DNA of 64,000 bases from Aulosira sp. ZfuVER01 (GCA_034530615.2 JAVRCV020000015.1:32001-96000), one strand, 5' to 3'. Counted from the first letter of the stretch, positions 30,401-42,878 are shown. A program made the numbers and translations. Notes: a model not told the origin generated them from the sequence alone.

Positions 30401-33232
30401 ATGAATAAAAAACAAATAAAAATAAAATTCTCGCTATTTACGACCAATTCAAATTTTAAAAAGCATTACAAAGTATCATTCAGGCTGATTCTGATTCTTC
30501 CCTTCATTATCCAGATATTTGCTGCTGTGGGACTAGTGGGCTATCTTTCTTGGAGAAATGGGGAGAGGGCAGTTAACGATCTAGCTAATCAGTTAATGAA
30601 AAAAGTAAATAGGCTTGTCGTTCAGCACCTTGATACATATTTAGCAACTCCTCCACAGATTAATCAGATTAATAGCGATGCCATTAAGCTACAGCTAATA
30701 GATATAAATAATCTGCAAAGTACAGGAAACTATTTTTGGAAGCAAATGCAGGTGCTGAATATTGGCTACATTAATTTTGCTAATCCCAAAGGCGAATTTA
30801 TTGGTATCGAACGTTTAGATAATGGGAATCTTTTAATTAATGAAGTTTCCAAAAAGCGTAAAATTGGTAAACTGTATGTTTATACTACAAACACTCACGG
30901 AAATCGTCAAAACCTTACAGCAGTTAAAGATTACGATCCTCGCCTAGAAGCTTGGTATGCGGATGCAGTCAAGATAGGTAAACCTTTATGGACTCCAATT
31001 TATCAATGGGAAGATAAACCAGAAATTTTTTCTATCTCTTCCAGTTTTCCAATTTATGATGAAGAGCGTAAGCCTATTGGTGTAATTGGTATTGATTTAA
31101 TTTTGTCACAAATTAGTAATTTTTTAGCAAATTTAAAAGTAGGTCAAAAAGGTAAAATATTTATTTTAGAGCGTTCTGGTTTAATAGTAGCTGCTTCTAA
31201 TAATGAGTTACCGTACAATATTATTAATGGCAAAGCTAAAAGGCTATCAGCATTAAACAGTAAAGATGGTGTAATTCAAGCAACAGCGCAATATTTAGAA
31301 CAAAAATTTAGCAGTTTTAAAGAAATTAAAGATAGTCTAGAACTTGATTTTACCCTAAAAGGCGAACGGCAATTTGTCCAAGTTATCCCTTGGCAAGACA
31401 AACTTGGGCTAGATTGGTTAGTCATTGTTGTGATGCCAGAATCTGATTTTATGGCACAAATTGATGCCAATACTCGCAGCAGTATACTCTTGTGTCTAGC
31501 AGCATTAGGAGTAGCGACTTTAGTAGGAATGGTCACATCTCGTTGGATTACAAAACCCATTCTACGCTTGCAGGCTGCAAGTATGGCGATCGCTTCCGGA
31601 AAACTAGATCAAAAAGTTGAAATTAAAGGTATAGATGAACTAGAAAGTCTGGCACAATCTTTTAACCAAATGGCTGCACAGTTGCAAGCATCTTTCCTAG
31701 AACTAGAAACCAGAGTAGATGAACGTACTATCGAGTTAAAAACAGCAAAAGAAATTGCTGATAGTGCCAACACAGCTAAAAGTGAATTTTTGGCTAACAT
31801 GAGCCACGAACTGCGCACACCACTCAACGGTATCCTCGGATATGCTCAAATACTTGAGCTTGACCAAAACTTGAGTGCCAAACAAAAGAACGCTATCAAC
31901 ATTATTTACCAATGTGGTTCCCATTTACTGACCCTGATCAACGATATTCTCGATCTATCAAAAATTGAAGCTCGGAAACTAGAATTATCTGCTCACGATT
32001 TCCACTTTACTAGTTTTCTAAAAAGTATTTTTGAAATCTGCCGCATCAAATCTGAGCAAAAAGAAATTGCTTTTACTTACCAAGAACTGAATCAACTTCC
32101 CACTGCTGTATTAGCTGATGAAAAACGTTTGCGCCAAGTGCTGCTGAACTTATTAAGTAACGCAATTAAATTTACAGATTGCGGTGAAGTCAGATTCAAA
32201 ATAGGTGTGTTGGATAATACGCTCAATTTTGATGATTCTTTAACTCAGGTAACAGAGGAGGCTGTAGGTAATAGGCAAAAAGAAGAATTACCTATAATGA
32301 AAATTAGATTTCAAATTGAGGATACAGGCGTTGGCATGAGTCCAGAGCAATTACAAAAGATATTTCTACCCTTTGAACAGGTGGGAAGTAAGCAGCGAAT
32401 GGCAGAGGGAACTGGACTCGGACTCGCTATCAGCCAGCAAATTGTGCAAATGATGGGCAGTGAAATCAAAGTAGAAAGTACTTTGAGCCAAGGTAGCAAG
32501 TTTTGGTTCGATGTGGATTTACAAGGATCACAGCAATGGGTTAATTCAACTTCTAGTAAGCCTACTCATAAAATTGTTGGCTATGAAGGGAATTCAATCA
32601 AGGTTCTGGTTGTTGATGACCGTTGGGAAAATCGCTCTGTAATTGTTAATCTGTTAGAACCCCTAGGTTTTCTACTCATGGAAGCAGTTAACGGACAAGA
32701 AGGATTAGAAAAAGCCCTTGCTTGGCACCCGGAGTTAATTATCACTGACATAGTTATGCCTATACTCAATAGTTGGGAGATGGTACAAAATTTGCGTTCC
32801 CAACCACAATTTTCAAAACTTATTATTATTGCTTCTTCTGCCAATGTATTTAACTTTGACCAACAACAAAGTTATAATTTTTGCTGCAATGATTTTCTTC
32901 CCAAGCCTGTGCAATCAGAGCAACTATTAGCCCAGATTCAAATGCATTTAGGCCTAACTTGGATTTATCAAGCAGATAGTGCAACTGTCCCAGCACTAGC
33001 AGCAGAGAATGCTGTTAGTAATATTGATTGCGAGTTCATGGTTCCTCCTCAAGAGGAATTACAAAATATATGGACTGCCGCCACTATTGGCGATATTGCA
33101 GCAGTTGAACAGGAAGCGCAAAGATTACAGCAGTTAGATATTAAATATCTAGGCTTTACCGCCAAGCTTTTAGAACTCACTCAAAATCTAGATGAAGAAG
33201 CCATTCTTAAGTTAGTGAAAAAATATATTTGA
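30401..33232 (+). CDS. Membrane hybrid histidine kinase (dCache-like sensor, HAMP, HisKA, HATPase, REC)
   Basis: Two TMs flanking a periplasmic YDPRLEAWY Cache motif, [17 protein letters not shown] and REC; start moved from 30116 to ATG 30401. Confidence 0.9.
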   Translation: MNKKQIKIKFSLFTTNSNFKKHYKVSFRLILILPFIIQIFAAVGLVGYLSWRNGERAVNDLANQLMKKVNRLVVQHLDTYLATPPQINQINSDAIKLQLIDINNLQSTGNYFWKQMQVLNIGYINFANPKGEFIGIERLDNGNLLINEVSKKRKIGKLYVYTTNTHGNRQNLTAVKDYDPRLEAWYADAVKIGKPLWTPIYQWEDKPEIFSISSSFPIYDEERKPIGVIGIDLILSQISNFLANLKVGQKGKIFILERSGLIVAASNNELPYNIINGKAKRLSALNSKDGVIQATAQYLEQKFSSFKEIKDSLELDFTLKGERQFVQVIPWQDKLGLDWLVIVVMPESDFMAQIDANTRSSILLCLAALGVATLVGMVTSRWITKPILRLQAASMAIASGKLDQKVEIKGIDELESLAQSFNQMAAQLQASFLELETRVDERTIELKTAKEIADSANTAKSEFLANMSHELRTPLNGILGYAQILELDQNLSAKQKNAINIIYQCGSHLLTLINDILDLSKIEARKLELSAHDFHFTSFLKSIFEICRIKSEQKEIAFTYQELNQLPTAVLADEKRLRQVLLNLLSNAIKFTDCGEVRFKIGVLDNTLNFDDSLTQVTEEAVGNRQKEELPIMKIRFQIEDTGVGMSPEQLQKIFLPFEQVGSKQRMAEGTGLGLAISQQIVQMMGSEIKVESTLSQGSKFWFDVDLQGSQQWVNSTSSKPTHKIVGYEGNSIKVLVVDDRWENRSVIVNLLEPLGFLLMEAVNGQEGLEKALAWHPELIITDIVMPILNSWEMVQNLRSQPQFSKLIIIASSANVFNFDQQQSYNFCCNDFLPKPVQSEQLLAQIQMHLGLTWIYQADSATVPALAAENAVSNIDCEFMVPPQEELQNIWTAATIGDIAAVEQEAQRLQQLDIKYLGFTAKLLELTQNLDEEAILKLVKKYI

Positions 33233-33243
33233 AAACCTTAAAT

Positions 33244-34533
33244 ATGGTTAATGATAAACAAAGTCTCATCATGATTGTTGAGGATAACCCAACAAATGCC
33301 AAGCTACTATTTGAATTTTTACAAATATCAGGTTTTCGCGTTTTAGTTGCAAAAAGTGGCGAGAGTGCTTTAGAAAAATTACAAGTAGTATCTCCTGACC
33401 TCATATTATTAGATATTATGATGCCGGGAATTGATGGATTTGAAACTTGCCGTCGCTTAAAAGCAGAAAAAGCTACCCAAGACATCCCAATTATTTTTAT
33501 GACGGCTCTATCAGATGTGGTAGATAAAGTAAAAGGTCTAACTCTTGGTGCAGTAGATTACATTACTAAGCCATTTCAGCCAGAAGATATACTTGCTCGA
33601 GTTAATGTTCATCTAAAGCTGTGTCACCTCAACCAAAAGTTAGAACAACGAGCAGTAGAACTCACTACTACTGTGGAGCAGCTACAACAGTCTCAGCGGC
33701 GGTTAGTGCAGAGTGAAAAAATGTCTTCTTTGGGACAAATGGTAGCAGGAATTGCTCATGAAATTAATAACCCTGCTGGCTTTGTTAAAGGTAATCTCGG
33801 TTATGCTCATAAATATATACAAGACCTGATCGATCATATTTATCTGTATCAAAATCAAGCTTCAGCAGCAGAAATCGCTCAACATGCAACAAAAATTGAT
33901 TTGGAATATCTCCTGAAAGACTTTCCGCATATCCTCACTTCAATGCATGAAGGAGTAGAGAGGATCTGCGATATTAGTACTTCTCTACGTACCTTTGCCC
34001 GTGCTGATAACACGGTGAAAATTCCTTTTAATATTCATGATGGTATCGATAGTACTATTTTAATTCTCAAGCATAGATTGAAAGCTTCTAATACTCGCCC
34101 AGCTATTGAAGTTATCCGAGATTACGATAATTTACCAGAAGTAGAATGCTTTCCTGGACAATTAAATCAGGTATTTATGAATCTCTTGGCTAATGCTATT
34201 GATGCTTTAGAGGAATCTAATATAGGGCGTAGCTATCAAGAAATAGCAGCTAATCCCAATTACATTATCATTCAAACTAAGTTAACTGAAGATCAAAATC
34301 ATGTATTAATTATTATTAAAGATAATGGATTGGGTATCCCAGATGCCATAAAATCCCAAATATTTGATAACTTATTTACAACTAAAGCTGTAGGAAAAGG
34401 TACAGGGTTGGGGTTATCAATTACTCATCAAATCATAGTAGAGAAGCATGAGGGCAGTATAGAGGTCAATTCGATACCAGGTGCAGGTGCAGAATTTGTG
34501 ATTACTCTCCCTATAGATTCTAAATTCAGGTAA
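33244..34533 (+). CDS. Response regulator-histidine kinase hybrid (REC + HisKA + HATPase)
   Basis: IMIVEDN…LLDIMMPG…TKPF, AHEINNP, TTKAVGKGTGLGLSI; ORF extends to TTG 33229. Confidence 0.9.
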   Translation: MVNDKQSLIMIVEDNPTNAKLLFEFLQISGFRVLVAKSGESALEKLQVVSPDLILLDIMMPGIDGFETCRRLKAEKATQDIPIIFMTALSDVVDKVKGLTLGAVDYITKPFQPEDILARVNVHLKLCHLNQKLEQRAVELTTTVEQLQQSQRRLVQSEKMSSLGQMVAGIAHEINNPAGFVKGNLGYAHKYIQDLIDHIYLYQNQASAAEIAQHATKIDLEYLLKDFPHILTSMHEGVERICDISTSLRTFARADNTVKIPFNIHDGIDSTILILKHRLKASNTRPAIEVIRDYDNLPEVECFPGQLNQVFMNLLANAIDALEESNIGRSYQEIAANPNYIIIQTKLTEDQNHVLIIIKDNGLGIPDAIKSQIFDNLFTTKAVGKGTGLGLSITHQIIVEKHEGSIEVNSIPGAGAEFVITLPIDSKFR

Positions 34534-34566
34534 TAGGTAATTGAAAATAGCAATTACCTATTACCT
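34528..34566. terminator. Bidirectional terminator between convergent genes
   Basis: Perfect 16-bp stem AGGTAATAGGTAATTG / CAATTACCTATTACCT. Confidence 0.8.
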
Positions 34567-34575
34567 AAGAGTAAT

Positions 34576-36138
34576 TTACAATCCGTCTGGATGTTCGGTA
34601 TTCACAACACTTGCCTGAGTACTAACAACTTTAGTTGCTTGCAATATAGCAGTATTTGCAACTGAATTATTAGCTAAGGTAAACAGGGGATTTGACAAAA
34701 TCCCGGCAATAGAAGTGGCGATTAAAGTTACTATCAACCCCACCTGCAAAGGTCTAAAGCCAGGTAAATTCCAACTGATTGCGGGATAGTTCTTCACAAC
34801 GTCAGACATTTCTTGGGGTTCTTTTACCACCATCATCTTAACTACGCGAATGTAGTAGTAGATGGAGACAACGCTGGTAACTAAGCCTAACAAGACTAAC
34901 CAGTAAAGACCTGCTTGCCAACCTGCCCAGAACAAGTAAATTTTGCCAAAAAACCCAGCTAGTGGCGGAATACCACCTAAAGACAGAAGGGAGATACTCA
35001 AGCCTAATGTCAGAAGTGGGTCTTTTTGATACAAACCAGAGTATTCGGCAATCTGGTCGGTTCCGGTTCTTAGGGAGAACAGAATGATGCAGGTAAAGCC
35101 GCACAAGTTCATGAACAAATAGACCAGTAAGTAAAAAATCATACTGGCATATCCGGCTTCAGTATCAGCAATCAAGCCAATCATCACAAACCCAGCTTGG
35201 GCAATGGATGAATAAGCTAGCATTCGTTTCATGCTGGTTTGTGCTAGGGCAACTACGTTACCCAACACCATACTGAGAACTGCAAGGGCAGTGAAGACGA
35301 ATTTCCATTCCTCGGCAACTAAGGGGAAGACTGTGGTTAGTAAGCGGATAGCTAGGGCAAAACCTGCTGCTTTGGAACCTACAGATAAAAAGGCAATCAC
35401 TGGGGTGGGAGCGCCTTCGTAAACGTCGGGAGTCCATTGGTGGAAGGGTGCAGCAGAAATTTTGAAGCCAATCCCGGCAATCACAAACACCAGAGCAATC
35501 ACTATACCTAATGATTGACCAATATGAGCTGCGGCAATGCCATTAGCGATCGCACTTAGTTCTGTTTGTCCACCCGATAAGCCGTACAGCAGCGACACGC
35601 CATATAAAAATACTGCTGTGCTGGAAGCTCCAATCAACAGATATTTCAGTGCTGCTTCATTAGAGCGTGGGTCACGCTTGGTATAACCTGTTAACAAATA
35701 AGAGGAAATACTCAGGGTTTCTAGGGAGATGAAAATCATCACTAACTCGCTAGCCCCGGATAAAAACATTCCTCCTAGGGTAGCAGTTAACAAAATCGCG
35801 ATGAACTCGGCTAAAGCAGTGCCACTCTGCTCCACGTAGCGAATGGACATCAAGATGGTGACAGCAGCAGACAAGGCAATGATACCGCGAAAGATGATAC
35901 TGAGGTCATCACCATTAAAGCCACCACTAAAGGAGATGGGATTGGTAGCATCCCATTGAAAATACAGGGCGACAATCGCAGCAAGTAAACCTGCGATCGC
36001 TAGATACCCAATCCAGCGTGAAGATGTACGCCCTAAAATCAAATCAACAATCAAAACCCCCAAGAGGGTGAGAATGACAATCCCCTCTGGCAAAATTGTT
36101 CCAGCATTTAACTGGGATGCAAGATTAGCAAAATCCAT
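34576..36138 (-). CDS. ndhB: NAD(P)H-quinone oxidoreductase subunit 2 (NdhB/NuoN)
   Basis: [55 protein letters not shown]. Confidence 0.97.
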   Translation of the reverse strand: MDFANLASQLNAGTILPEGIVILTLLGVLIVDLILGRTSSRWIGYLAIAGLLAAIVALYFQWDATNPISFSGGFNGDDLSIIFRGIIALSAAVTILMSIRYVEQSGTALAEFIAILLTATLGGMFLSGASELVMIFISLETLSISSYLLTGYTKRDPRSNEAALKYLLIGASSTAVFLYGVSLLYGLSGGQTELSAIANGIAAAHIGQSLGIVIALVFVIAGIGFKISAAPFHQWTPDVYEGAPTPVIAFLSVGSKAAGFALAIRLLTTVFPLVAEEWKFVFTALAVLSMVLGNVVALAQTSMKRMLAYSSIAQAGFVMIGLIADTEAGYASMIFYLLVYLFMNLCGFTCIILFSLRTGTDQIAEYSGLYQKDPLLTLGLSISLLSLGGIPPLAGFFGKIYLFWAGWQAGLYWLVLLGLVTSVVSIYYYIRVVKMMVVKEPQEMSDVVKNYPAISWNLPGFRPLQVGLIVTLIATSIAGILSNPLFTLANNSVANTAILQATKVVSTQASVVNTEHPDGL

Positions 36139-36303
36139 GAGTTGTATAGGTTTTGGCGATTAGACATCAAGGCTAACTTTGTTCATTCTATCTATTGTTC
36201 TGAACTAAAGTTCCATAAACCTTTCTGTCTGTTTCCATAGATTAGCCTCTTCTCAGCAGACATCCCTAAGATCGTGTGGATTGAACTGGTATATTTGCAA
36301 CCT

Positions 36304-36356
36304 GTCATTGCGAGCAGAGCGTAGACGCGGAGCGGCTTCTCGAAGAGTAGTAATGA
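36304..36356. repeat. Small dispersed repeat nested in a GTCATTGCGAGC element
   Basis: gtcattgcgagc…gtagacgcggagcggcttctcgaagagtag, resembling Nostoc-type small repeats. Confidence 0.4.
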
Positions 36357-36539
36357 TGTTTTCTCAGCGATCGAGCGAACACGATCTCATTTATGGAAAA
36401 ATAAGCAGTTCAAATATATAGCTGAACTGCTTAATATTTAAACAAGCAGTCCAGTAAGTTACTGAATCTGCTAATTATGGGATAATTTTTGTTTAGCTAA
36501 TGCTTTTTATAGCTTTGCCTTGATGAATAGCTTCTAGAC

Positions 36540-36851
36540 TTAATAACGTCGTGAGTATCCACTGGCATTTCTTCCCCAATTGCCACCGCCAGAGCGAGTA
36601 CTTTTCTCCTCCCGTGGTCTAGCTTTGTTAACTTTCATTACACGCCCCATCCATTCGGCACCATCCAGAGCTTGAATAGCTGCATCTTCGGCGGCTGATG
36701 ACTCCATTTCCACGAAACCAAAGCCCCGTGCGCGGCCAGTTTCCCGATCTGTGGGTAATTGAACTCGCTTTACAGTACCGTACTCAGAAAATACCTTGGT
36801 GAGGTCGTCTTGTGTGACGCTGTAGGATAGGTTCCCTACGTAGATAGACAT
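36540..36851 (-). CDS. rbp: RRM RNA-binding protein (cyanobacterial Rbp family)
   Basis: RNP2 IYVGNL, RNP1 RGFGFVEM, Gly-rich tail. Confidence 0.95.
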   Translation of the reverse strand: MSIYVGNLSYSVTQDDLTKVFSEYGTVKRVQLPTDRETGRARGFGFVEMESSAAEDAAIQALDGAEWMGRVMKVNKARPREEKSTRSGGGNWGRNASGYSRRY

Positions 36852-36887
36852 GAAACTCTCCAGAATCCATTGATGCAGAGATGCTTA

Positions 36888-36938
36888 TCCGGAGAGCCGC
36901 TTGCAATTATTACTAAAAACAAGATTCGTATCACCGAA
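36888..36938 (-). promoter_or_regulatory. Conserved 5'-UTR boxes of cold-inducible rbp genes
   Basis: On the minus strand, in order: TTCGGTGA, CTTGTTTTTAGT, TCTCCGGA, matching boxes III/II/I as recalled. Confidence 0.6.
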
Positions 36939-37062
36939 TTTAACTTCTCCAATTTTATGCTAACACAACTTTTCTCTAGGAAGGTTATCAATCTTATCTA
37001 TAAGTCATAATGTGTGCTAAGATACGTTTTTTTATTATTTAGACTACTATATTTACCCGTCT

Positions 37063-38304
37063 TCAGGTTTGGATAGAAAATTCTTCTGGAGCAATTCCCC
37101 AATTCACCCAACAAATAGCCTCATGTGCTGATTTCATTTCTGGTGGAACTCGCAAAGCGTGGATGAATCCAGTACTGGGACAAGTCATTTTTAATAAGTA
37201 AATTGCTTCTTCATCAACATCAGCATCAATTTTTAACAGCGTATATTCTGCCCAAGTATCTAATTCAATAGCTTGTAATTCTTGGCAAATTCGGGCATAA
37301 CCAATACCTTGAATTAACACTCGCCGCAGTTCGGCATTTTCCTCTGTTAACAACCATTGCGCTTGCCATTGCTGCGGGTGAACTTTACCGTATTTTTCAG
37401 GTAAGGTGACACCATGATAAGAATAGAGGCTAAATCCATCCGCATACTCTATTGCAGGTTCACCTTCTGCGTGGAGGCGATTTTGATTATCGAAGCGGAG
37501 ATGAAGCGGGCGATCGCATATAATTGCAGCTTTATCAAAAGCAAAAATCCATCCGCACTCTTTAATTAAAGATTGATATATTAACCATTCTTGGAAAATC
37601 TCAGAAAACAATACACAAGCGATAATAAAATCCCTCGAACTATTAATTTTACACTCTTCTTCTGGCTGAAAAGATTGACAAAATAAATTATTTATTTGAG
37701 AGTATAAACAGGCATGGAAAGAAGATGATAGACGACTTCCGAGTTGTAGGTTTATTTGTTGCCAATCTTCACTTTGTAGTTGTTCCTTCAGATATATTTT
37801 AATGTATTCTTCCAGTACCCAATTTAGCCTAAAACCTATAATGTCTGAAAAATTGTTATCCAATTTACTATACAACAGTTCATCGTATAGGTCTTCATCG
37901 AATTTGATATTCTGAAAAACTTGAGCATATATTGAACAACTCAAATCAGTAAAGAACGAAGTTTGTCTTCCCAATTGCTCTAGTGGCTTTTCTAGCAACT
38001 CCCGTTGTAGACTTTTGAGTTTACTAATTGATGAATTATTTACTTGGCTAACAACTTTGTTATTTAATTCCTGCTTCAAGTAATCAAGCTTGTCAACAAT
38101 AATAGATTTTATAGCTACATAAGGACTTTCATAAAAAATAATGTTAGGAGCATTCTTACCAATTGCTATATAGGCTGCTTTTACTGCTTCCGCAGCTTTT
38201 TTACGATCCATTCGCTCAGTTGAAAGTGCAATCTTTTGCCATTTTTCCCGATAAACTGGAATTAAAGCTTCTTGTTGGGACGTTAACTTTTCAATCAGCG
38301 ACAT
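37063..38304 (-). CDS. DUF6745-like protein
   Basis: LTSQQEALIPVYREKW N-terminus; C-terminal LHAEGEPAIEYADG…GVTLP…ENAELRRV…CPSTG…HALRVPP. Confidence 0.75.
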   Translation of the reverse strand: MSLIEKLTSQQEALIPVYREKWQKIALSTERMDRKKAAEAVKAAYIAIGKNAPNIIFYESPYVAIKSIIVDKLDYLKQELNNKVVSQVNNSSISKLKSLQRELLEKPLEQLGRQTSFFTDLSCSIYAQVFQNIKFDEDLYDELLYSKLDNNFSDIIGFRLNWVLEEYIKIYLKEQLQSEDWQQINLQLGSRLSSSFHACLYSQINNLFCQSFQPEEECKINSSRDFIIACVLFSEIFQEWLIYQSLIKECGWIFAFDKAAIICDRPLHLRFDNQNRLHAEGEPAIEYADGFSLYSYHGVTLPEKYGKVHPQQWQAQWLLTEENAELRRVLIQGIGYARICQELQAIELDTWAEYTLLKIDADVDEEAIYLLKMTCPSTGFIHALRVPPEMKSAHEAICWVNWGIAPEEFSIQT

Positions 38305-38584
38305 ATCGCCAACCTTCAGGCTCGTATTCTCTTTGGATTTTCACCATCCAATGACCTTGGGGAATAGCGATCGCTTTATGCTCCTCGTGCGTCAGCAAAG
38401 CTGTTTTAGAATATACACGTAGGTAGAGAGTGTCATTGTTTAAGAATAATTTTGCCTCACCCTCAGTAATCCGATGCTTGTGCCCAGTTACCTCTCCTTC
38501 AGCCAAAGTCAAGTGAGGTATCTTTTCTCCTTCAACTTGCTGCACAGGTTGTAGAATGACATCACCTTGACGAATTGCTTGCAT
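38291..38584 (-). CDS. Small 'RQGDV' His-rich hypothetical protein, partner of the DUF6745-like gene
   Basis: RQGDV, LAEGEVTGHKH, LTHEEH and QREY motifs; 14-nt overlap with the downstream gene. Confidence 0.75.
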   Translation of the reverse strand: MQAIRQGDVILQPVQQVEGEKIPHLTLAEGEVTGHKHRITEGEAKLFLNNDTLYLRVYSKTALLTHEEHKAIAIPQGHWMVKIQREYEPEGWRYVAD

Positions 38585-39040
38585 AACTTTGCCTCTAGGA
38601 TAGGTACAAACCTTACTTGGCTCTCACTTCAAGTTTGATTAAATTTTGGCACAACCTTCGATGGAATGGGGAGATGACGAGGATGACGGGGATAATCATT
38701 TTTCTTGGCTCCCTCATCTTCCCTTTATCCCTCAACACCTTCTTAAAGGAAAACAGGAGGTATCGCTATATTACACTTGGGGGGTATTTTGAAAACTGTA
38801 GTCGCCAATTTTGCTGAGATAAGTTAAAGATTGAAATAGCTGGAAATTCACACCAGGCGTTTTCCTACCTTATTATCTGGAAAGGACTGTGCCGAAACTG
38901 TAGCGGATTTTTATCCTCATGGGCAGTTTGTGTGAAGATAAACTCACATCTCAAAGCGCGACGTTTTATTTTGACATCTCGCAGAAATCGTCCAAATTTG
39001 CCTGTTTAGCTTAACAGCTATTCTTTTTTTTGAAATTTCC

Positions 39041-41716
39041 ATGTCAACTCTCGTCATCGTCGAATCTCCGACCAAAGCTCGCACCATTCGCAACTACCTA
39101 CCATCAGGCTATCGGGTGGAAGCGTCTATGGGTCATGTGCGTGACCTACCCCAATCGGCTAGCGAAATTCCCACTGCTATCAAAGCAGAAAAATGGGCGC
39201 AGTTGGGGGTAAATGTAGACGCCGACTTTGAACCGGTGTATGTTGTCCCGAAAGACAAAAAGAAAGTTGTCACCCAGCTCAAAGATGCTCTCAAAGAAGC
39301 TGATGAGTTAATCCTGGCAACTGACGAAGACCGGGAAGGTGAGAGCATTAGTTGGCATTTATACCAATTGCTCAAGCCGAAAGTACCGACTAAGCGGATG
39401 GTGTTTCATGAAATTACCCAAGACGCCATCAAAAAAGCTTTGAAAAACTGCCGTAATATCGATGAGCAGTTGGTTCGCGCCCAAGAAACGCGACGGATTT
39501 TGGATCGCTTGGTGGGCTACACTCTGTCTCCCTTGCTATGGAAAAAAATTGCCTGGGGACTATCCGCTGGTCGCGTACAATCTGTAGCCGTGAGGCTGTT
39601 GGTTACAAAGGAACGCCAACGCCGCGCCTTTCATGAGGGGACTTATTGGGATTTAAAAGCTTACCTGGAGCAGCAAAAATCTCCGTTTACTGCCCAGTTA
39701 GTAACCTTGGGAGGAACCAAAATAGCAAATGGCGGCGATTTTGACCCAGCCACCGGACAAATCGCGGCTGGTCGCAATGTGGTTTTGCTCACGGAAGCGG
39801 ATGCAGTTGCACTCAAGGAACGCCTCACAGATAAAACCTGGAATGTCTCAGAAGTAGAAGAACGCCCGGTAACACGGAAACCAGCGCCACCGTTTACAAC
39901 CTCAACGCTGCAACAAGAATCCAACCGGAAATTGCGCCTCTCAGCCCGAGACACGATGCGGATTGCCCAGAATTTGTACGAGCAAGGGTATATTACCTAT
40001 ATGCGGACAGATTCGGTGCATTTGTCTGACCAAGCGATCGCAGCTGCTCGTAGCTGTGTAGAACAACTTTACGGCAAACAATATCTCAGCCCTCAACCTC
40101 GGCAATACACTACCAAATCCAAAGGCGCACAAGAAGCACACGAAGCAATTCGTCCGGCGGGTAGTACTTTCCGCACGCCTCAAGAAACTGGTTTAGGCGG
40201 ACGGGAACTTGCTGTTTACGACTTAATTTGGAAGCGCACTGTCGCCTGTCAAATGGCTGACTCTCGCCAAACCCAAATTACCGTGCAGTTAAAAGTAGAA
40301 GACGCTGGTTTCCGTGCTTCTGGCAAACGGATTGATTTCCCTGGCTACCTCCGCGCTTATGTAGAAGGTTCCGACGATCCCGAAGCCGCATTAGAAGACC
40401 AGGAAGTCATTTTACCGAGTTTGAAAGTGGGAGATCATCCAGATTGTAAAGACCTGGAAGCGATCGGTCACGAAACTCAACCGCCAGCTAGGTACACAGA
40501 AGCTACCCTGGTGAAAACCTTAGAAAGTGAAGGCATTGGTCGTCCCAGTACCTACGCCAGTATTATTGGCACGATTATCGATAAAGGTTATGCCCAATTA
40601 GTTAATAACGCCCTCATTCCTACCTTTACTGCCTTTGCTGTCACTACCCTCCTAGAAAAACATTTCCCTGATGTGGTCGATCCCAGTTTTACCTCCAAAA
40701 TGGAGCAAACCTTGGATGATATCGCCACAGGGGAAGCTAAATGGCTACCTTACTTACAGAAATTTTATCTGGGAGACAAAGGGCTAGAAACCTTAGTCAA
40801 GGAACAAGAAAGTCAAATTGATGCTAGTAAGGCCAGAACAGTAGAACTGGAAAACTTAGCAGCTAAAGTCCGTATTGGTAAATATGGCCCTTACATCGAA
40901 GTCGAAAACGGTGAAGGTGTTGTCACAGCTTCGATTCCTAAAGACTTAACGCCAGCAGACCTTGACCCCAAACAGGTAGAGGTCATATTGCGGCAAAAAA
41001 CCTCCGGGCCTGACCAACTCGGCCGCCATCCCGAAACCGGCGAACCAATTTATGTGAAAATTGGTGCTTACGGTCCCTATGTCCAATTGGGTGACAAGAC
41101 CGAGGAAAACCCTAAACCCAAACAAGCGTCTTTACCCAAAGGTGTAACGCCAGAAACCGTCACCTTAGACATTGCCATTGGACTGTTGGCATTACCCCGA
41201 ACCTTAGGAGTTCATCCCGAAACTGGCGGGAAAATTCAAGCGAGTTTGGGACGCTTTGGGCCTTACATTGTTCATGACCAAGGTAAGGAAGGAAAAGACT
41301 ACCGTTCCCTCAAAGCTGCTGATAATGTGTTGACAGTTTCTCTAGAACGTGCTTTAGAGTTGTTATCGGAACCGAAAAAGGGGCGCAGTTCCACCAGTAG
41401 CAAGTCCAAGGCGGCCTTACGCGAATTGGGTACACATCCAGACGATGGTACACCAATTAATATCTATGATGGTCCCTACGGGCCTTACATTAAGAATGGT
41501 AAAACTAATGTCAGTATTCCTGAAGGCGAATCTGTGGAAGATATGACATTAGATACAGCACTAAAATTATTGGCTGGCAAAGCATCGTCAGCAAAATCTA
41601 CTCGGAAATCGAGTAAGTCTACAACTTCTAAATCTAAGTCAACTTCCAAGTCAACTTCTAAGTCAAAGTCCAAGGCTTCGACAACAGCTACTAAAAAAAA
41701 TAATGCCGACGATTAA
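39041..41716 (+). CDS. topA: DNA topoisomerase I
   Basis: [40 protein letters not shown]-terminal GRFGPY repeats. Confidence 0.98.
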   Translation: MSTLVIVESPTKARTIRNYLPSGYRVEASMGHVRDLPQSASEIPTAIKAEKWAQLGVNVDADFEPVYVVPKDKKKVVTQLKDALKEADELILATDEDREGESISWHLYQLLKPKVPTKRMVFHEITQDAIKKALKNCRNIDEQLVRAQETRRILDRLVGYTLSPLLWKKIAWGLSAGRVQSVAVRLLVTKERQRRAFHEGTYWDLKAYLEQQKSPFTAQLVTLGGTKIANGGDFDPATGQIAAGRNVVLLTEADAVALKERLTDKTWNVSEVEERPVTRKPAPPFTTSTLQQESNRKLRLSARDTMRIAQNLYEQGYITYMRTDSVHLSDQAIAAARSCVEQLYGKQYLSPQPRQYTTKSKGAQEAHEAIRPAGSTFRTPQETGLGGRELAVYDLIWKRTVACQMADSRQTQITVQLKVEDAGFRASGKRIDFPGYLRAYVEGSDDPEAALEDQEVILPSLKVGDHPDCKDLEAIGHETQPPARYTEATLVKTLESEGIGRPSTYASIIGTIIDKGYAQLVNNALIPTFTAFAVTTLLEKHFPDVVDPSFTSKMEQTLDDIATGEAKWLPYLQKFYLGDKGLETLVKEQESQIDASKARTVELENLAAKVRIGKYGPYIEVENGEGVVTASIPKDLTPADLDPKQVEVILRQKTSGPDQLGRHPETGEPIYVKIGAYGPYVQLGDKTEENPKPKQASLPKGVTPETVTLDIAIGLLALPRTLGVHPETGGKIQASLGRFGPYIVHDQGKEGKDYRSLKAADNVLTVSLERALELLSEPKKGRSSTSSKSKAALRELGTHPDDGTPINIYDGPYGPYIKNGKTNVSIPEGESVEDMTLDTALKLLAGKASSAKSTRKSSKSTTSKSKSTSKSTSKSKSKASTTATKKNNADD

Positions 41717-41804
41717 TTAGAGCCTGTTCCCCTGTGTGTAGTTGTCGGTTGTTTCTCAGCCACTGACGACTTATGCCATTTTGGATTTGAGATTTTAGAT
41801 TTTG

Positions 41805-41879
41805 CGGAAAGTTGAGCCAGTGCGTTGCGGAGGACAGTCTCGTGGGCAGGTTTCCCGACTTGAGCAAACTTTCCAAGAC
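41805..41879. mobile_element. GAAAGTT…AACTTTC-bounded small repeat with nested interior
   Basis: Related elements at 51955-52037 and 60649-60698. Confidence 0.6.
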
Positions 41880-42262
41880 GGATTGGGGGGAATCCGTCTG
41901 TTGCATTCTGTTTTCAAATTGGTATTAGTATTAACTATTCCAGGCGATCGCAAAATCTAGTCATGAAAGTTGGTATTGGGCACTCACAGGGGTTCATTCC
42001 CCAACAAAATGAAAAAATCCTCCCAAATATCTATATCAGTTGACACTCAGACTAACTAAGTTGGAGGAATGCACGTCTTGTAGTTTACGGATATGATAAT
42101 CTAAGAAGTAAGGCAGATCACAACACAAAATTTGATAAAGTGGATCATCCCCGACATTCGGGAGTGAGATCGGCCTAATAAAAGCCAGAGGTGCGGAAGT
42201 ACGCCAGTTTCTGCGTAGCTGTTAGTCAAAATTGAGGTAGTATCTCAGGAGCAGTCAGTTCA

Positions 42263-42400
42263 ATGGACTATATAGAAAAGGTACTGGAAAAGCTGAAAGA
42301 ATTGGCGCGGAAGCTGATCGAAGCCCTATTAGGGCCAGAGGTTGAGCCGGAACCGGAACTGATTCCGATTCCTGTAGATGAGCGTTCGCGTCGTCGTTAA
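42263..42400 (+). CDS. 45-aa small protein (not in the ORF track)
   Basis: MDYIEKVLEKLKELARKLIEALLGPEVEPEPELIPIPVDERSRRR*; AGGAG upstream; ends 10 nt before aroQ. Confidence 0.8.
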   Translation: MDYIEKVLEKLKELARKLIEALLGPEVEPEPELIPIPVDERSRRR

Positions 42401-42410
42401 GAGCTAGAAA

Positions 42411-42878
42411 GTGCCGGACTTGACGTTGCAGCCTTTAAGTATTTTGGTGCTGCATGGGCCAAACCTGAATTTGCTAGGACAGCGAGAACCGGGGATTTAC
42501 GGTTCGTTTACACTGGCTGAAATTAACCACCTGTTAGCAGCAGAAGGACTGAAACTACAGGTGAGTGTTTTTCCTGTGCAGTCAAATCACGAAGGCGTTT
42601 TGGTTGATACTATTCATGAAGCCCTAGGAAAACATCAGGGAATTTTGATTAATGCTGGGGCTTATACGCATACTAGTGTAGCGTTGCGAGATGCGATCGC
42701 GGGTGTGAACCTGCCTACTGTGGAAGTGCATTTGAGCAACATATACCGTAGAGAAGAATTCCGTCATCATTCTTATATAGCACCCATAGCCATCGGGCAA
42801 ATTAGTGGCTTTGGGGTTCAGAGTTACATATTGGGCTTACAAGCATTGGTACATCATTTAAGGAACGATAAAGTATGA
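42411..42878 (+). CDS. aroQ: Type II 3-dehydroquinate dehydratase
   Basis: [46 protein letters not shown]. Confidence 0.97.
   Translation: MPDLTLQPLSILVLHGPNLNLLGQREPGIYGSFTLAEINHLLAAEGLKLQVSVFPVQSNHEGVLVDTIHEALGKHQGILINAGAYTHTSVALRDAIAGVNLPTVEVHLSNIYRREEFRHHSYIAPIAIGQISGFGVQSYILGLQALVHHLRNDKV

Noticed and set aside
41620..41675. 12-nt tandem repeats at the topA 3' end
   Set aside because: They encode an ordinary Lys/Ser-rich basic tail
42165..42230. Glutamine (glnA) riboswitch suggested by CGGAAGTA
   Set aside because: The 5' CGTT and 3' GAAG-AACG elements needed for P1 and the E-loop are missing
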